Origin: Candidatus Dormiibacterota bacterium
GTDB taxonomy: Bacteria > Chloroflexota > Dormibacteria > Aeolococcales > Bog-877
DNA length: 64,000 bases
Assembly (NCBI GenBank): GCA_027339635.1
Contig: DAHWNZ010000002.1
Coordinates: 24,874 to 88,873 of the forward strand
Direction: 5' to 3'
A program made the translations under genes and the position numbers. This document shows positions 35,962-47,108 of this stretch, piece after piece. How positions within the stretch are numbered: the first letter of the stretch is position 1; each line of letters opens with the position of its first letter. The notes under the pieces are model-generated. The model worked only from the letters and a program-made list of their open reading frames with translations, was not told the origin of the DNA and did no database searches.

Positions 35962-38451
35962 CTATCGACCTGCCGCCAGAAGATCGCGCACCTCCCGAGC
36001 GGACGCCAGGCCCAGGGCTTGGTCGGCGAGCCGCCTCGCGGTGTCCGAGTCGACCCGCCTGACGGCGGCCTTGGCCGCGGGAATCAGAGCCGGAGTCATG
36101 GATAGCTCGGTTACCCCCAGGCCGATCAGGAGGGGCACCGCCAGGGCGTCCCCCGCCAGCTCTCCACAGACTCCAACCCACTTGCCCTGTGACCGTCCGG
36201 CTGCGGCTGTCTCCCCTATGAGGCGGAGCACCGCCGGATGCAGAGGGTCGGCCATGGCGGCAACCTCGGAGTTGGTGCGATCCGCAGCCAGGGTGTACTG
36301 GGAGAGGTCATTGGTCCCGATCGAGAAGAAGTCGACCTCGGAAGCCAGCCTGTTGGCGGTCAGTGCCGCCGCGGGCGTCTCGACCATGATCCCCACCTCG
36401 AGGGAGCCGCGCCAGTCCGGGGTGGCGAGATCCTGGATCACCCGAGAGACGACCCGGCGCGCCTCGACGATCTCAGCCACGGTGGCGACCATGGGGAACA
36501 TCAGGCGCACCCGGTGGGTGGTGGCGACCGCGACTATGGCGCGGACCTGGCCGTAAAGCAGCTCCGGACTCTGCAGTCCCAAGCGCAGGCCCCGCACCCC
36601 CAGAGCCGGGTTTTCCTCGCTGGGGCGGTGGATGTAGCGCAGCGGCTTGTCCGCCCCCACATCGAGGGTCCTGATGGTCAGCGGCCGGGGGAAGAGGATG
36701 GAGCAAATGTCCCGGTACACCTCGCGCTGCTCCTCCGAACTTGGCAGGGCGGGAGCGTCCTGGAACAGGAACTCCGTCCTGAGAAGGCCCACCCCATCCG
36801 CTCCTGCGTCGACGGCGGCGCGGGCGTCGGCGATCGATCCGATGTTGGCAGCGACTTCGATGGCGACCCCATCTGCGGTGCGGACCGCGGCCGCTATGGT
36901 CGCGGGCTTGGAAGGAGCCGTTGCCCCACTCGCCGAAGCTCGAGCCAGGTCCGCCGGGCTGGGGTCGAGGACGAGCCTGCCCGAGTCACCCTGCAGGATC
37001 ACCACGGTCCCCTCAGCTATCTCTAGCACCCTGGCACCCAGTCCCACCGCAGCCGGTATCCCGAGGGCGCGGGCCAGGATTGCCGAGTGGGAGGTGGGAC
37101 CCCCGCCCGCGACCGCGATCCCGAGGACGGTCTTCCGGTCAAGACCAGCGGCGTCGGTGGGAGTGAGCTCCTCGGCGACCAGAATCCCGACCCCGGTCGG
37201 AGCTGCGGTGCCCGCCCCGAGAATGTGGGCCAAAACTCGGCGGGAGACCCCTTCTAGATCCAGCGCCCGGGCTCTGAGGTTCTCGTCCTTGATCATTTCC
37301 CACTTTGACATGGCTAGGGCCACGCTCTCGGACCACGCGCGGGCCGCTCCCGAGCCCCGGTCGATCTCCGCCTTCGCCCCCTCCAGCAGCTCGGGGTCCT
37401 CCAGGAAAAGCATCTGAGCGTCTAGGATCGCCGCCTGGTATTCACCGGCGCGCCGACTGGTGGCTTCTCGGAGCTGGCTCAGGTCCTCCCTGGTTGCCTC
37501 CAGGGCGGCCCTCAGGGCCCCGCTCTCCTCCTCCTGGGACCCGGCGGCCCGGTCCGGTATTTCAAGCGTCGGCTGAATCAGATGGACCACCCGGCCCATC
37601 GCCTCACCCGGCGCAGCGGGAATGCCCTGGATGAAGCCGGACGACCCACCGGGCTCGAGGGGTATGGGTGCTGGAGGTGGATTCGGGGCCGGGGCAGGTT
37701 GGAACGGCGGCTCTCCGAATCGGTCGAGGGCCAGTCTCTCGACGGCTCTCAGGAGCTGTGTCGCCTGGGGACCCCTGGCCCGCACCCTGAGCTTCTGGCC
37801 TCGGGCCACCTGGAGCTGGGCTATGGCATTGAGGCTGCGCCCCGATGCCGGGCCCTGGCCCGTGTCCTGGTTGGCGAGCTCGACCACGGCATCGAACTTG
37901 GCCAAAACGGAGATGAGCTTGGCGATGGGACGTGCGTGGAGCCCCATGGGGAGGTCCACCGGCACCATCAGCTCCTCCCAGCCCTCATCGCTCGAGAACT
38001 GGTCCGACGGGGCGCTCTCCGCGAGCGCCTCGACCGGCGCCAGCTGGGCCAGCTTGCCGGCGAGGCCCTCCTCCGCGGCATCGGCCACCTCCTTGAGAGA
38101 GCCTCCGATCTGGGCGGCGACCGCCGCGGCCACCGCTCCCTCCACGAGCGCGGCCCCGCTGAGCAGCACCGAGCGCCGCCGCTCCTCCGCTACCATGTCG
38201 CGAGCGAGCTCGGCCGAGAGCAGGGCGCTTCCCAGGTCCATCAGCACCAGCACCCCCGCCGGAGTCCACACTTCGGCTATGGCGGCAGCTATGCGCGCGG
38301 CGTCTGTGCCTAGCCCCTCTGCGGGAGGCGTCAGCCCTCCCGCGGCCTCGATGCGAACGTCCGCGGCCATTGCCCGCGCCAGGGTCGCCGCCCCCTCGGC
38401 GATGGCGGCGCTGTGCGACACGAGCACCAGGCCTACCCGCTCCCGTGGCAT
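35962..38451 (-). CDS. ptsP: DhaM(EIIA)-HPr-Enzyme I triple-fusion PEP phosphotransferase
   Basis: VLVSHS and DLGSA (DhaM EIIA), GLHARP (HPr), TSHSAILAR, GLLRTE, IGTNDLSQY, GVCGE (complete EI). Confidence 0.93.
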   Translation of the reverse strand: MPRERVGLVLVSHSAAIAEGAATLARAMAADVRIEAAGGLTPPAEGLGTDAARIAAAIAEVWTPAGVLVLMDLGSALLSAELARDMVAEERRRSVLLSGAALVEGAVAAAVAAQIGGSLKEVADAAEEGLAGKLAQLAPVEALAESAPSDQFSSDEGWEELMVPVDLPMGLHARPIAKLISVLAKFDAVVELANQDTGQGPASGRSLNAIAQLQVARGQKLRVRARGPQATQLLRAVERLALDRFGEPPFQPAPAPNPPPAPIPLEPGGSSGFIQGIPAAPGEAMGRVVHLIQPTLEIPDRAAGSQEEESGALRAALEATREDLSQLREATSRRAGEYQAAILDAQMLFLEDPELLEGAKAEIDRGSGAARAWSESVALAMSKWEMIKDENLRARALDLEGVSRRVLAHILGAGTAAPTGVGILVAEELTPTDAAGLDRKTVLGIAVAGGGPTSHSAILARALGIPAAVGLGARVLEIAEGTVVILQGDSGRLVLDPSPADLARASASGATAPSKPATIAAAVRTADGVAIEVAANIGSIADARAAVDAGADGVGLLRTEFLFQDAPALPSSEEQREVYRDICSILFPRPLTIRTLDVGADKPLRYIHRPSEENPALGVRGLRLGLQSPELLYGQVRAIVAVATTHRVRLMFPMVATVAEIVEARRVVSRVIQDLATPDWRGSLEVGIMVETPAAALTANRLASEVDFFSIGTNDLSQYTLAADRTNSEVAAMADPLHPAVLRLIGETAAAGRSQGKWVGVCGELAGDALAVPLLIGLGVTELSMTPALIPAAKAAVRRVDSDTARRLADQALGLASAREVRDLLAAGR

Positions 38452-38465
38452 CTGACGGGCCCCCC

Positions 38466-39689
38466 TCAGATGCCGCCGTAGGCCCGGTAGAGGATCTCGG
38501 CGGGGTGCACCACGGTCAACCCGGTGGCCTTCGCGATCTGCCAGCGACAGGTTTCGCTGTCGCAGGCCACGAGGTCGGGCGCGGAGGCTTGGATGTCGGC
38601 GAACAGGGGGCCACCGACGCGCATGGCAATGTCGTACTTCTCGCGCTTGATCCCGTAGGTTCCGGCCACACCGCAGCAGAGCTGATCCATCTCCACCAGG
38701 CGCAGCCCCGGCACCAGGGAGAGCAAGTCAAAGGCCGGCTTGCCGATCAACTGGTTCTGCTGCTGGCAGGGGGCGTGGTAGGCCACCGTCAGGGGTACCG
38801 GTGCGAAGTCGGTCTTGAGCTCATGGTGCTCGTGCAGTCCCAGTAGAAACTCGAAAAGGTCGACGGTGCGCCGACTCACGTCAACGAGGCTGGGATCGCT
38901 CAACCCCAGAATCTCGAGCCCCTCTCGCTTCAGCATCAGCCCACAGCTGGTGGACGATGAGATCACGGGGAGCCGCTCCGTGGACGGTCGCGAGAGCTGC
39001 CTTGCCAGCCGGGTCACGTAGCGGCGGGCGGCGGGGAATAGCCCGTTCGATTGCAGGGGCAGGCCACAGCAGTCCTGCTTCGGGACCACCACCTGGAAAC
39101 CCTGATGCTCTAGCAACCTCACCACCTTCATGCCGAGATCGGGCTCGAAGTGCTCTGTGCTGCAGCCGTGGAAGTAGACGACGCGTCGGCCTGACGGTGG
39201 AGACGTATGCCGGCTGACCCAGCGAGAGAACGGACGGGTGGCAGCCTGAGGCACCGGCGCCAGACGGTGGACCCCGATGGTCTTCTCCCCGGCCAGCCGC
39301 AGCCATCGATTGCCCATCGCCCAGTTGAACAAGGGGGCGACGGGCCGGCCTGCCCGGCCCATCAGGCCCGGCCTTGCCAGCAGCTGATCTCTCAGCGGTA
39401 CCCCATCCTGGTGTTTCAGCTCGGCCCTGGCTCTTGAGTTGATCTCCGCAATGCGGACTCCCTGGGGGCAGACCCGAGAGCAGACACCGCAACCTGAGCA
39501 GAGGTCGACCGAGTGGTCTGGGGAGTGGGATCCGGCGCGGAAGCGCTCGGCCTGAGGCCCGACCGTCTTTGGGCCAGCGAACAGCTCCGTCACCGCCGCA
39601 ACGGGGCACGCGCTCTCGCAGACGGTGCACTTGATGCAGTGATCCAAGGAGGCGCGCACCTCGAATGGGGAAAGCGCTTCAGATGTCAC
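38466..39689 (-). CDS. glpC: Anaerobic G3P dehydrogenase subunit C
   Basis: CIKCTVCESACP, CSGCGVCSRVCP, two CCG domains. Confidence 0.93.
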   Translation of the reverse strand: MTSEALSPFEVRASLDHCIKCTVCESACPVAAVTELFAGPKTVGPQAERFRAGSHSPDHSVDLCSGCGVCSRVCPQGVRIAEINSRARAELKHQDGVPLRDQLLARPGLMGRAGRPVAPLFNWAMGNRWLRLAGEKTIGVHRLAPVPQAATRPFSRWVSRHTSPPSGRRVVYFHGCSTEHFEPDLGMKVVRLLEHQGFQVVVPKQDCCGLPLQSNGLFPAARRYVTRLARQLSRPSTERLPVISSSTSCGLMLKREGLEILGLSDPSLVDVSRRTVDLFEFLLGLHEHHELKTDFAPVPLTVAYHAPCQQQNQLIGKPAFDLLSLVPGLRLVEMDQLCCGVAGTYGIKREKYDIAMRVGGPLFADIQASAPDLVACDSETCRWQIAKATGLTVVHPAEILYRAYGGI

Positions 39690-40924
39690 ACAGGACCTCC
39701 CAAGATGGCCGTCGCGGCCGCGTATCCGGTCGCCAGGCTGATGCCGTTACCGGACAGTTCGCGCCAGGGCACCGCCCCGGTGAGCAGGGCACCGACCGCG
39801 TGGACGTTCCGGTAGACCGGTTCTCCCGAGGCGTTGAGCGGCCGCAGCTGGTTGTCGACGGCCAGGCCGATGCGGTCGCGTCCGTGCTCCTGGAAGTAGG
39901 TGCCGTTGTGGTCACCGGATGTGGCGCTCACCGGCAGCCCAAGAACCACCTCGCGAGGAGCCTCGGCCCGCTCCGAGACGATGCCACCGGTCGCGATGCC
40001 ACCGGTCGCCAATACGAAGTGGTCGGCCTCGAACTCAACGGAGCGGGACGATTCCGCGACCGTCACGGATTTGAGCAGCCCCGTCTCCCCCGACCCTCGG
40101 GTGGCGGTCGAGCCGATCAGGAGCCGTCCTCCATGGCGACGCAGCGCCTGCCCGAGGACTGTCTGCAGGCGCAGCCCGGGTATCGACGGCGGCAGGGTTG
40201 GGATCTCGAAGACGGGTCTGCCAATGGAATCGGTGAGATCACTCCACACCTCATGTGCCATGGAGAGTCCCAAAACGGCCGGAAGCCCGACCGCCTGCTC
40301 CTCGGCCAGTTCCGCCCGGACGCCGCGAGCAAGCTCCGAGCGGACGTGGGGCAACTCCAGCCGTCTCGCCAGGAGCTGGGGCCTCAGCGCGCGCGCGTCT
40401 CCCGCAAGCCCGACCTCCACCGCTCTGGCGCTCAGGGCTCGGCTGGAGCGCTTCAGGTTCTCGGCCACAAGCTGCGGGTAGAAGTCCCGGTAGTTGCGTA
40501 TGCCCACGATCAGCACCTCCGCGCCTGCCGGGAGGTCTCCCGCGGCCATGGTTTCCGGCACGATCCCCGTCGGTCGGATCCCGCCCACCGCGGTCGGCAG
40601 CATCAGGTTGTGGTCGAGGGCGCCCGCATAACCGAGCGGTGCGGCGAGCTCGAGGAACCATTCCACACTCTTGGAGAGCGCATCCAGGGACGCTCTGGCG
40701 TAGGGGTGGTCGGGGTGCCCCGCCACGTACGGGGGCAGCTCCTGGCCCGGGCTCGCGACCAGATGGGGGGCGTAGCCGAGGATATCCACGACCGCCGGGG
40801 ACAGAGGCAATCCCCCCTGGCCGGTGGCGACCACGGCCACGTCGAGCCCAGCCTGGGCGAGCCGCACGGCCGCCGTGAGGCCGGCCATCCCGGCGCCGAC
40901 CACGACCACGTCGTGTTTCACCAA
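39686..40924 (-). CDS. glpB: Anaerobic G3P dehydrogenase subunit B
   Basis: GAGMAG, PAVLG, EIPTLPPSIPGLRL, LATG, SGNG. Confidence 0.92.
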   Translation of the reverse strand: MVKHDVVVVGAGMAGLTAAVRLAQAGLDVAVVATGQGGLPLSPAVVDILGYAPHLVASPGQELPPYVAGHPDHPYARASLDALSKSVEWFLELAAPLGYAGALDHNLMLPTAVGGIRPTGIVPETMAAGDLPAGAEVLIVGIRNYRDFYPQLVAENLKRSSRALSARAVEVGLAGDARALRPQLLARRLELPHVRSELARGVRAELAEEQAVGLPAVLGLSMAHEVWSDLTDSIGRPVFEIPTLPPSIPGLRLQTVLGQALRRHGGRLLIGSTATRGSGETGLLKSVTVAESSRSVEFEADHFVLATGGIATGGIVSERAEAPREVVLGLPVSATSGDHNGTYFQEHGRDRIGLAVDNQLRPLNASGEPVYRNVHAVGALLTGAVPWRELSGNGISLATGYAAATAILGGPV

Positions 40925-40976
40925 GATCCTCCGCGCACTAGGAACGGTCGGCTTCCGGCTTCATCTCTGGACCGCC

Positions 40977-42548
40977 TCATTCCGGCAGGTGCTCGAGATC
41001 CAGGATCCCCTGAAAGATCCACTCATCCAGGCGCTCCTGCCGCAGCTGATCTCCCCAACCCATGAGCTGCACCCCCTTCCAGCGTTCCTCCACGAATGCC
41101 AGCAGGGAGGCGGTGGCGGCCCGGGCGTCATAGTGTCCGTCCTCATGGAGCAGACCCGCCACGCGGAAGGCGCAGAATCCACCCTGGCAGGGGCCCATGC
41201 CCACCCGCAACGCGCGGCGGAGGTCATCCAACGCCCAGTTGGACCGCCGGGCCACTGCCATGCGCAGGTCCCGACGCGATACCAGCTCGCATTCGCAGAT
41301 GAGCGGGTCGTCGGGATCGTCGGTCTCCATCTCCTCCTGGCGCGCACCCAACCAGTAGAAGTGCTGGGCCTCACTGTCGGGTAGGGGCTCGACATCGGTG
41401 CTGCATGAGGCGGCCAGTCCGAGCTTGCCGCAGGCCAGGTCCACCGCGTCCTTGGCCATCAGCCGGAAGGTGGTGAACTTGCCGCCGGTCACGGTTACGA
41501 AGTTGCCCACGCCCTCCAGCTGCTCGTGATCCAGAACTGAGTGAGAGCGGGTGACGTCCCGCGTGTCGCTGACTCCACCGACCTCGCCCTTGGGCAGCAG
41601 CGGCCGAGCACCGGCCCAAACCCTTAGGGCCCGCCCCTTGCTGAATCCGGGCACCAGCGCCTCCCCCGCCTCCATCATCGCGGCGACCTCGGCGGCGGTC
41701 GGGTCTATCTGATCTGGATCCTCGACGGGCACGTCGGTGGTCCCGATCACGCTGACGGTGCGGATGGGAACGATGATGTCACCGTCTCCGGGCATGGTGC
41801 ACCGGTTCACCACGGTGTTGACCAGACGGTGATTCATCGCGACCATCACCCCCTTGCCCGGCACCACCCCGACCCGGCAGCCAGCCATCGTAGCGACCCG
41901 CCCACTCCAGGCTCCGGAGGCGTTGATCGTGCAACGGGCCCTAACCAGAACCTCGGCACCGCTTCTGTTGTCCCGCAGTCTCGCACCGATCACAGCCGAG
42001 CCCTCGACCTCCAGGGCGGTGAGCGAGTGGTAGGGCAGAATGTTCGCTCCCCGCTGGGCCGCGCCGCGAACGCAGGCTGAGACCGTCTTCCAGGCGTCCA
42101 CCGACGCGTCCGGGACCAGGAACGCGCGGCTGATCCTGGGATTCAGGCGCGGCTCGCGGCGCAGGGCCTGGGCCACTGAGATCTCTTCGACCGGGACCCC
42201 GGCCGCACGGCAAGAGGGCTCGAAGAGGTCGGCGTAGGCCGGGTCATCGAGAGGCGTGGTGACGAACAGGCCCCCTGTGTCCTCGATGCAGTCCGAGGCC
42301 ACCCTGCGCAGGACCAGGTTCTCGGCGGCACACTCCTGGGCCGATGAGGGGTCCTTGACGACGTAGCGGCCGCCGGAATGCAGCAGGCCATGGAACCGCC
42401 CGGTGGTGCCGGTGGCAAGATCCCCCCGGTCGACCAGGGTGACGTGGAGACCCCGCAGAGCGGAGTCCCACGCCACCCCGGCCCCGGTCGAGCCGCCGCC
42501 AATCACCAGGACGTCGGTCTCGAGGTGCGGCATGCCGAGGATGGTCAC
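40977..42548 (-). CDS. glpA: Anaerobic G3P dehydrogenase subunit A
   Basis: IGGGSTG, GTTGRFHGLLHSGGRY, GGKFTT.RLMA, CECE...GMGPCQG.FC. Confidence 0.94.
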   Translation of the reverse strand: MTILGMPHLETDVLVIGGGSTGAGVAWDSALRGLHVTLVDRGDLATGTTGRFHGLLHSGGRYVVKDPSSAQECAAENLVLRRVASDCIEDTGGLFVTTPLDDPAYADLFEPSCRAAGVPVEEISVAQALRREPRLNPRISRAFLVPDASVDAWKTVSACVRGAAQRGANILPYHSLTALEVEGSAVIGARLRDNRSGAEVLVRARCTINASGAWSGRVATMAGCRVGVVPGKGVMVAMNHRLVNTVVNRCTMPGDGDIIVPIRTVSVIGTTDVPVEDPDQIDPTAAEVAAMMEAGEALVPGFSKGRALRVWAGARPLLPKGEVGGVSDTRDVTRSHSVLDHEQLEGVGNFVTVTGGKFTTFRLMAKDAVDLACGKLGLAASCSTDVEPLPDSEAQHFYWLGARQEEMETDDPDDPLICECELVSRRDLRMAVARRSNWALDDLRRALRVGMGPCQGGFCAFRVAGLLHEDGHYDARAATASLLAFVEERWKGVQLMGWGDQLRQERLDEWIFQGILDLEHLPE

Positions 42549-42564
42549 TGCCGGCCCTGCAGGC

Positions 42565-44067
42565 TCAGGCCTGCTCCACCCAATCGAAAGTACGGGTCAC
42601 CGCCTTCTTCCAGAGGGCGTACTGGCTGTCACGCTGCTTGGGGTCCATGTGTGGCTCCCACGTCCGGTCCACGGCCCAGTTGGCTCGAAGCTCGTCCAGG
42701 GCGCCCCAGAAACCGACCGCCAGGCCAGCGGCGTAGGCGGCGCCCAGGGAGGTGGTCTCCGCCACCTTGGGGCGGATCACCGGGACCCCGAGAACATCGG
42801 ATTGGACCTGCATCAGGAGCTCGTCGTGCACCATGCCACCGTCCACCTTGAGGGAGGTGAGCGCCACTCCGGAATCCTTGTCCATCGCGTCCACCACCTC
42901 CTTGGTCTGCCAGGCGGTGGCTTCCAGGACGGCCCGCGCGATGTGGCCCTTGTTGACGTACCTGGTCAAACCGGCGATGACTCCGCGCGCGTCACTGCGC
43001 CAGTAGGGGGCGAACAGCCCCGAGAAGGCGGGGACGAAGTACACCCCGCCGTTGTCCTCCACCGTGGCCGCAAGCTGCTCGACCTCCACCGAGCTCTTGA
43101 TCATGCCCAGGTTGTCGCGCAGCCACTGCACCAACGCTCCCGTGATGGCGATCGAACCCTCCAAGCAATACACGGGGTCGTTGTCCCCGATCTTGTAACC
43201 GAGCGTGGTCAGAAGACCGCTCTTGGACGGCACGGGCGAGGTCCCCGTGTTGAGGAGCAGGAAGTTGCCGGTGCCATAGGTGTTCTTGGCCTCGCCGGGG
43301 CTGAAGCAGGTCTGCCCGAATACCGCAGCCTGCTGATCGCCGAGATCTCCCGCCACGGGGACACCGTCCAAGGGGTAGACGCAGCTGCCGTAGAGCGCGC
43401 TGGAGGGCCGGATCTTCGGCAGCATGGCCTTGGGAATGCCCATCACCCGCAGGATCTCATCGTCCCAATCGAGGGTCTTGAGGTCCATCAGCATGGTGCG
43501 GCTGGCATTGGTGACGTCGGTGATGTGGAGGCCGCCGTTGACGCCCCCGGTCAGGTTCCAGATGCACCAGCTATCGATGTTCCCAAAGATCACCTCCCCG
43601 CGCTCGGCCCGCTCCCGCAGGCTGGGGTCGTTGTCCAGGATCCACCTGACCTTGGGTCCGGAGAAATAGGTCGCCAGCGGCAGGCCGACCTTGGCCTGAA
43701 AACGGTTCTGCCCCCCGTCCCTGGCCAGCTCATTGCAGATGGCGTCGGTCCTGGTGTCCTGCCACACGATGGCGTTGTACACAGGGCGGCCGGTGGTACG
43801 GTCCCAAACCACCGCGGTCTCGCGCTGGTTGGTCACTCCGATCGCGGCTAGGTCAGAGGAGCGACAAGACGCCTTCTGCAGGGCGCCGGCAATCACCTCC
43901 TGGCTGCGCTGCCAGATCTCCATCGCGTCGTGCTCGACCCATCCGGGCTTGGGAAAGATCTGCTTGTGCTCCTTCTGGTCGACCGCTATCACCGTTCCCG
44001 AGTGATCGAAGATCATGAACCTGGTGCTGGTGGTCCCCTGGTCGAGAGCCCCCACATACTTAGCCAT
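42565..44067 (-). CDS. glpK: Glycerol kinase
   Basis: [42 protein letters not shown]. Confidence 0.98.
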   Translation of the reverse strand: MAKYVGALDQGTTSTRFMIFDHSGTVIAVDQKEHKQIFPKPGWVEHDAMEIWQRSQEVIAGALQKASCRSSDLAAIGVTNQRETAVVWDRTTGRPVYNAIVWQDTRTDAICNELARDGGQNRFQAKVGLPLATYFSGPKVRWILDNDPSLRERAERGEVIFGNIDSWCIWNLTGGVNGGLHITDVTNASRTMLMDLKTLDWDDEILRVMGIPKAMLPKIRPSSALYGSCVYPLDGVPVAGDLGDQQAAVFGQTCFSPGEAKNTYGTGNFLLLNTGTSPVPSKSGLLTTLGYKIGDNDPVYCLEGSIAITGALVQWLRDNLGMIKSSVEVEQLAATVEDNGGVYFVPAFSGLFAPYWRSDARGVIAGLTRYVNKGHIARAVLEATAWQTKEVVDAMDKDSGVALTSLKVDGGMVHDELLMQVQSDVLGVPVIRPKVAETTSLGAAYAAGLAVGFWGALDELRANWAVDRTWEPHMDPKQRDSQYALWKKAVTRTFDWVEQA

Positions 44068-44128
44068 CGCGCTTCCTCCAGTCCCAATCGTTTGGCGAGG
44101 TCGTCGCTCCCGGCGCCCCGGTCTTGTC

Positions 44129-44767
44129 CTAATCGCTTGCCGCGAAAGCCTCCCGCGCCGCTTTCATCAGCATCCAAGAGGAGGTCGCCCCGGGGTCCTG
44201 ATGGCCCGCGCTGCGCTCCCCCAAGTAGCTGGCCCGGCCCCGGTGGGCGACCAGAGGGACGGTGGCGAGGGCACCCTGATGGGCCGCCTCTTCCGCCGCC
44301 GCCAGCGCCACTTCGAATGTCTCCCCGGACCCGAGGCCGTCCTGCAAACGCTTGCTCGCCGGCAGCAGGGCGTCCAGCATCGTCTTGTCGCCGGGTTCCG
44401 CCTTTCCCCTGGCTCTGACCGCCGCCACAGCTGCGGTCAGAGCCGAGGCCCAGTCGTTCGGGGTAACCTCTCCCACTCCCTTGAGGCTGGTCCCCATCTG
44501 CAGGAAAAGAGTGCCGTAGAGCGGTCCGCTGGCACCGCCAACGGTTGAGATAAGGGTCATCGCCACCGTGCGAAACAGGCTCGCAACGTCCTTCTGCTCT
44601 AGTTGCTCGAGCTTGGGGAGCACGGCGCGCATGCCGCGATCCATGTTGATCCCGTGATCGCCATCGCCAATCGCCGAGTCAAGTTCGGTCAGGTACTCCT
44701 TGTTGGCCTCCATCGCCTGCCCAAACAGGGTCACGAAAGTGCGGGCCCGCTCGAAGGTGACGTTCAT
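44129..44767 (-). CDS. dhaL: Dihydroxyacetone kinase subunit L
   Basis: [46 protein letters not shown]. Confidence 0.96.
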   Translation of the reverse strand: MNVTFERARTFVTLFGQAMEANKEYLTELDSAIGDGDHGINMDRGMRAVLPKLEQLEQKDVASLFRTVAMTLISTVGGASGPLYGTLFLQMGTSLKGVGEVTPNDWASALTAAVAAVRARGKAEPGDKTMLDALLPASKRLQDGLGSGETFEVALAAAEEAAHQGALATVPLVAHRGRASYLGERSAGHQDPGATSSWMLMKAAREAFAASD

Positions 44768-44809
44768 CTGTGTGATCCTCCTTCAGCCAGGGCCCTTCTG
44801 CATCGCCCC

Positions 44810-45811
44810 TCAGAGCCCCCAGCGTAGCCCTGGAGTGTTGACCGGCGCGTCCCAGTACTCGGTCATCTCCCGGTCCAGGCGCAGCAGGGTGATGGAGCAG
44901 CCGGCCATCTCCAGCGAGGTGATGTAGTTGCCGATGAGGTTTCGCTCGATCTTGATACCGCGGCTCTTGAGGAACCGGTCCAGGGCCCGGTAGACGATGT
45001 AGAGCTCAATCAGCGGGGTGCCGCCCATGCCGTTCACGAAGGCCAGGACCGAGTCCCCCGACTTGAATGGAAGATCCTCGGTTATCGAGGTCGCCATCAG
45101 CTCCACTATCTCGTCCGCAGGCGCCAGCTTGCGCCGCTCTCGCCCGGGTTCCCCGTGGATCCCGATGCCGATCTCCATCTCGTCCTCGCCGAGGTCAAAG
45201 GTCGGCTTGCCGGCGGCAGGAACGGTGCAGGAGGTCAGTGCAACCCCCATCGTCCGGCCCTCAGCGTTGACCCGACGGCAGAGCTCCGCCACCTCCGCCA
45301 GAGAGCGGCCTGCCTCGGCTGCCGCTCCGCAGATCTTCTCCGCCAAAACGGTCACCCCAACCCCGCGACGACCCGCGGTGTAGAGGCTGTCCTGGACCGC
45401 CACGTCGTCATTGGTGATGACGGCCGCGACCTCTATCCCCTCCTCCTTGGCCAGATCCGCCGCCATCTCGAAGTTGAGGATGTCGCCGGTGTAGTTCTTG
45501 ACGATGTGAAGGACACCGGCACCGCCGTCGACGGCCTTGGTGGCGGCCAGGATCTGGTCCGGCGTCGGAGAGGTGAAGACCTCGCCGGGACACGCGGCGG
45601 ACAGCATCCCCGGGCCTACGAACCCGCCGTGCATCGGCTCGTGCCCGGAGCCCCCGCCGGACACCACCGCCACCTTGCCACGGACGGGAGCGTCTGCCCG
45701 CATCACAAAGTAGGGATCGAGGGAAACCGTGAGCCGATCTGAGTGCGCGGCCAGGATGCCTTCCAGCTCCTCGCGGACCACGTTGTCCGGGTTGTTGATC
45801 AACTTCTTCAT
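44810..45811 (-). CDS. dhaK: Dihydroxyacetone kinase subunit K
   Basis: [27 protein letters not shown]. Confidence 0.97.
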   Translation of the reverse strand: MKKLINNPDNVVREELEGILAAHSDRLTVSLDPYFVMRADAPVRGKVAVVSGGGSGHEPMHGGFVGPGMLSAACPGEVFTSPTPDQILAATKAVDGGAGVLHIVKNYTGDILNFEMAADLAKEEGIEVAAVITNDDVAVQDSLYTAGRRGVGVTVLAEKICGAAAEAGRSLAEVAELCRRVNAEGRTMGVALTSCTVPAAGKPTFDLGEDEMEIGIGIHGEPGRERRKLAPADEIVELMATSITEDLPFKSGDSVLAFVNGMGGTPLIELYIVYRALDRFLKSRGIKIERNLIGNYITSLEMAGCSITLLRLDREMTEYWDAPVNTPGLRWGL

Positions 45812-45822
45812 CTGCCTTCCCC

Positions 45823-46770
45823 CTACTCCGTGGGCACGGCCCGACCGGGAGCGGGCTCTTCGTTCTTCTTCATCCGCGCGGCCAGCACATCGCCTATGAA
45901 CCAGTCGTAGAGCAGGACCCCTATCACCCCGCCGATCAGGGGACCGACGATCGGGATCCAGAAGTAGTTGCTGAAGACCAGCCCGGCGTGGTTGTAGGTT
46001 CCGGGGAAGGCGGTCTCGCCCCAGCCGAAGAGCCAGGCCACCATCCTGGGCCCGAAGTCACGAGCCGGGTTGATCGCGTATCCCGCGTTGGGACCGTACG
46101 ACATGCCGATCGCGGCCACCGCGATGCCGACCATGAAGGGGCCGAAGTTGCCCTGGGGAGCGATCGAGTTGCGGCCATCGGTCAGCGCCAAGACGAAGAT
46201 CAAGAGAAAGGCGGTGCCCACGATCTGGTCGATTAGAGGTCCAAGGCTGCTGCCATGGAAGTAGGCGGCCGGAAAGGTGGCGAAGATGGAATACGTCGCG
46301 ATCGCCGTCCCCGCCTGGGGGACCGCCTTGGCGGCCAGGTCGAACGCCTGGATCGCAGGGCCGTAGACCATGTACACCAGCAGGCCGCCGAAGAAAGCCC
46401 CGACCAGTTCAGCTATCCAGTAGGGCACAACCTTGTTCCAGGGGAAGCGGCGCCGCACCGCCAGCCCCAGGGTGACGGCGGGGTTCAGATGGGCTCCGGT
46501 CACACCGCCCGCCACGTAGACGGCAAGCGCCACCGCGAACGCCCAGCCAAAGGTGATCAGCAGCCACCCGCCTACCCCGGTGAAGATCGTCGTCGGCGAT
46601 GATGTGCGCCCCGAACCCGGAAGTCCCGCCACCGCCACCGCGACCACGCCATCGCCGAAGGCCAGCAGGCACATGGTGCCGAAGAATTCCGCGCTGAGCT
46701 CCCCCCACAGGCCGCTCAACCCGAACATCGAGCGACCCTCGCCGTGCATCGGTTTGATTTCTGCCGCCAT
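45823..46770 (-). CDS. glpF: Glycerol uptake facilitator (aquaglyceroporin)
   Basis: GAHLNPAVT and AINPARD motifs. Confidence 0.95.
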   Translation of the reverse strand: MAAEIKPMHGEGRSMFGLSGLWGELSAEFFGTMCLLAFGDGVVAVAVAGLPGSGRTSSPTTIFTGVGGWLLITFGWAFAVALAVYVAGGVTGAHLNPAVTLGLAVRRRFPWNKVVPYWIAELVGAFFGGLLVYMVYGPAIQAFDLAAKAVPQAGTAIATYSIFATFPAAYFHGSSLGPLIDQIVGTAFLLIFVLALTDGRNSIAPQGNFGPFMVGIAVAAIGMSYGPNAGYAINPARDFGPRMVAWLFGWGETAFPGTYNHAGLVFSNYFWIPIVGPLIGGVIGVLLYDWFIGDVLAARMKKNEEPAPGRAVPTE

Positions 46771-46875
46771 GTCCCTGCGCCCTCCTGAGTTGAACCGGCT
46801 CCAGAACCGCTGCTTAGGCCGAGGCGCCGCGGCGGGTGCCGGTGTCCCCGCCCCTCCGCTACGACCTAACGGCTG

Positions 46876-46905
46876 ATGCTAGTACCGACTCTCATGCGGA
46901 GTCAA
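46876..46905 (-). promoter_or_regulatory. Sigma70-like promoter of the glycerol operon with palindrome
   Basis: TTGACT-N18-TAGCAT on the minus strand; GACTC-N7-GAGTC inverted repeat overlapping the spacer and -35. Confidence 0.55.
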
Positions 46906-47108
46906 CAGTCTGTGGTAAACACGCAATGCGAGGGGGTGATAACACTGCCCGTCCTGGTTTTTGAACTCACGAAGGCCAGGCGGGCCATGGAGGCACCAAT
47001 GCTGCCCGGGGCTTGCCATCGATGCCTGAGATTGAATGCTCAGATGCTGGGACGGATGCTCAGGGCCGACAGGTGACTCTCAGCGGTTGGCGACTCGCCC
47101 GGGCGCGC

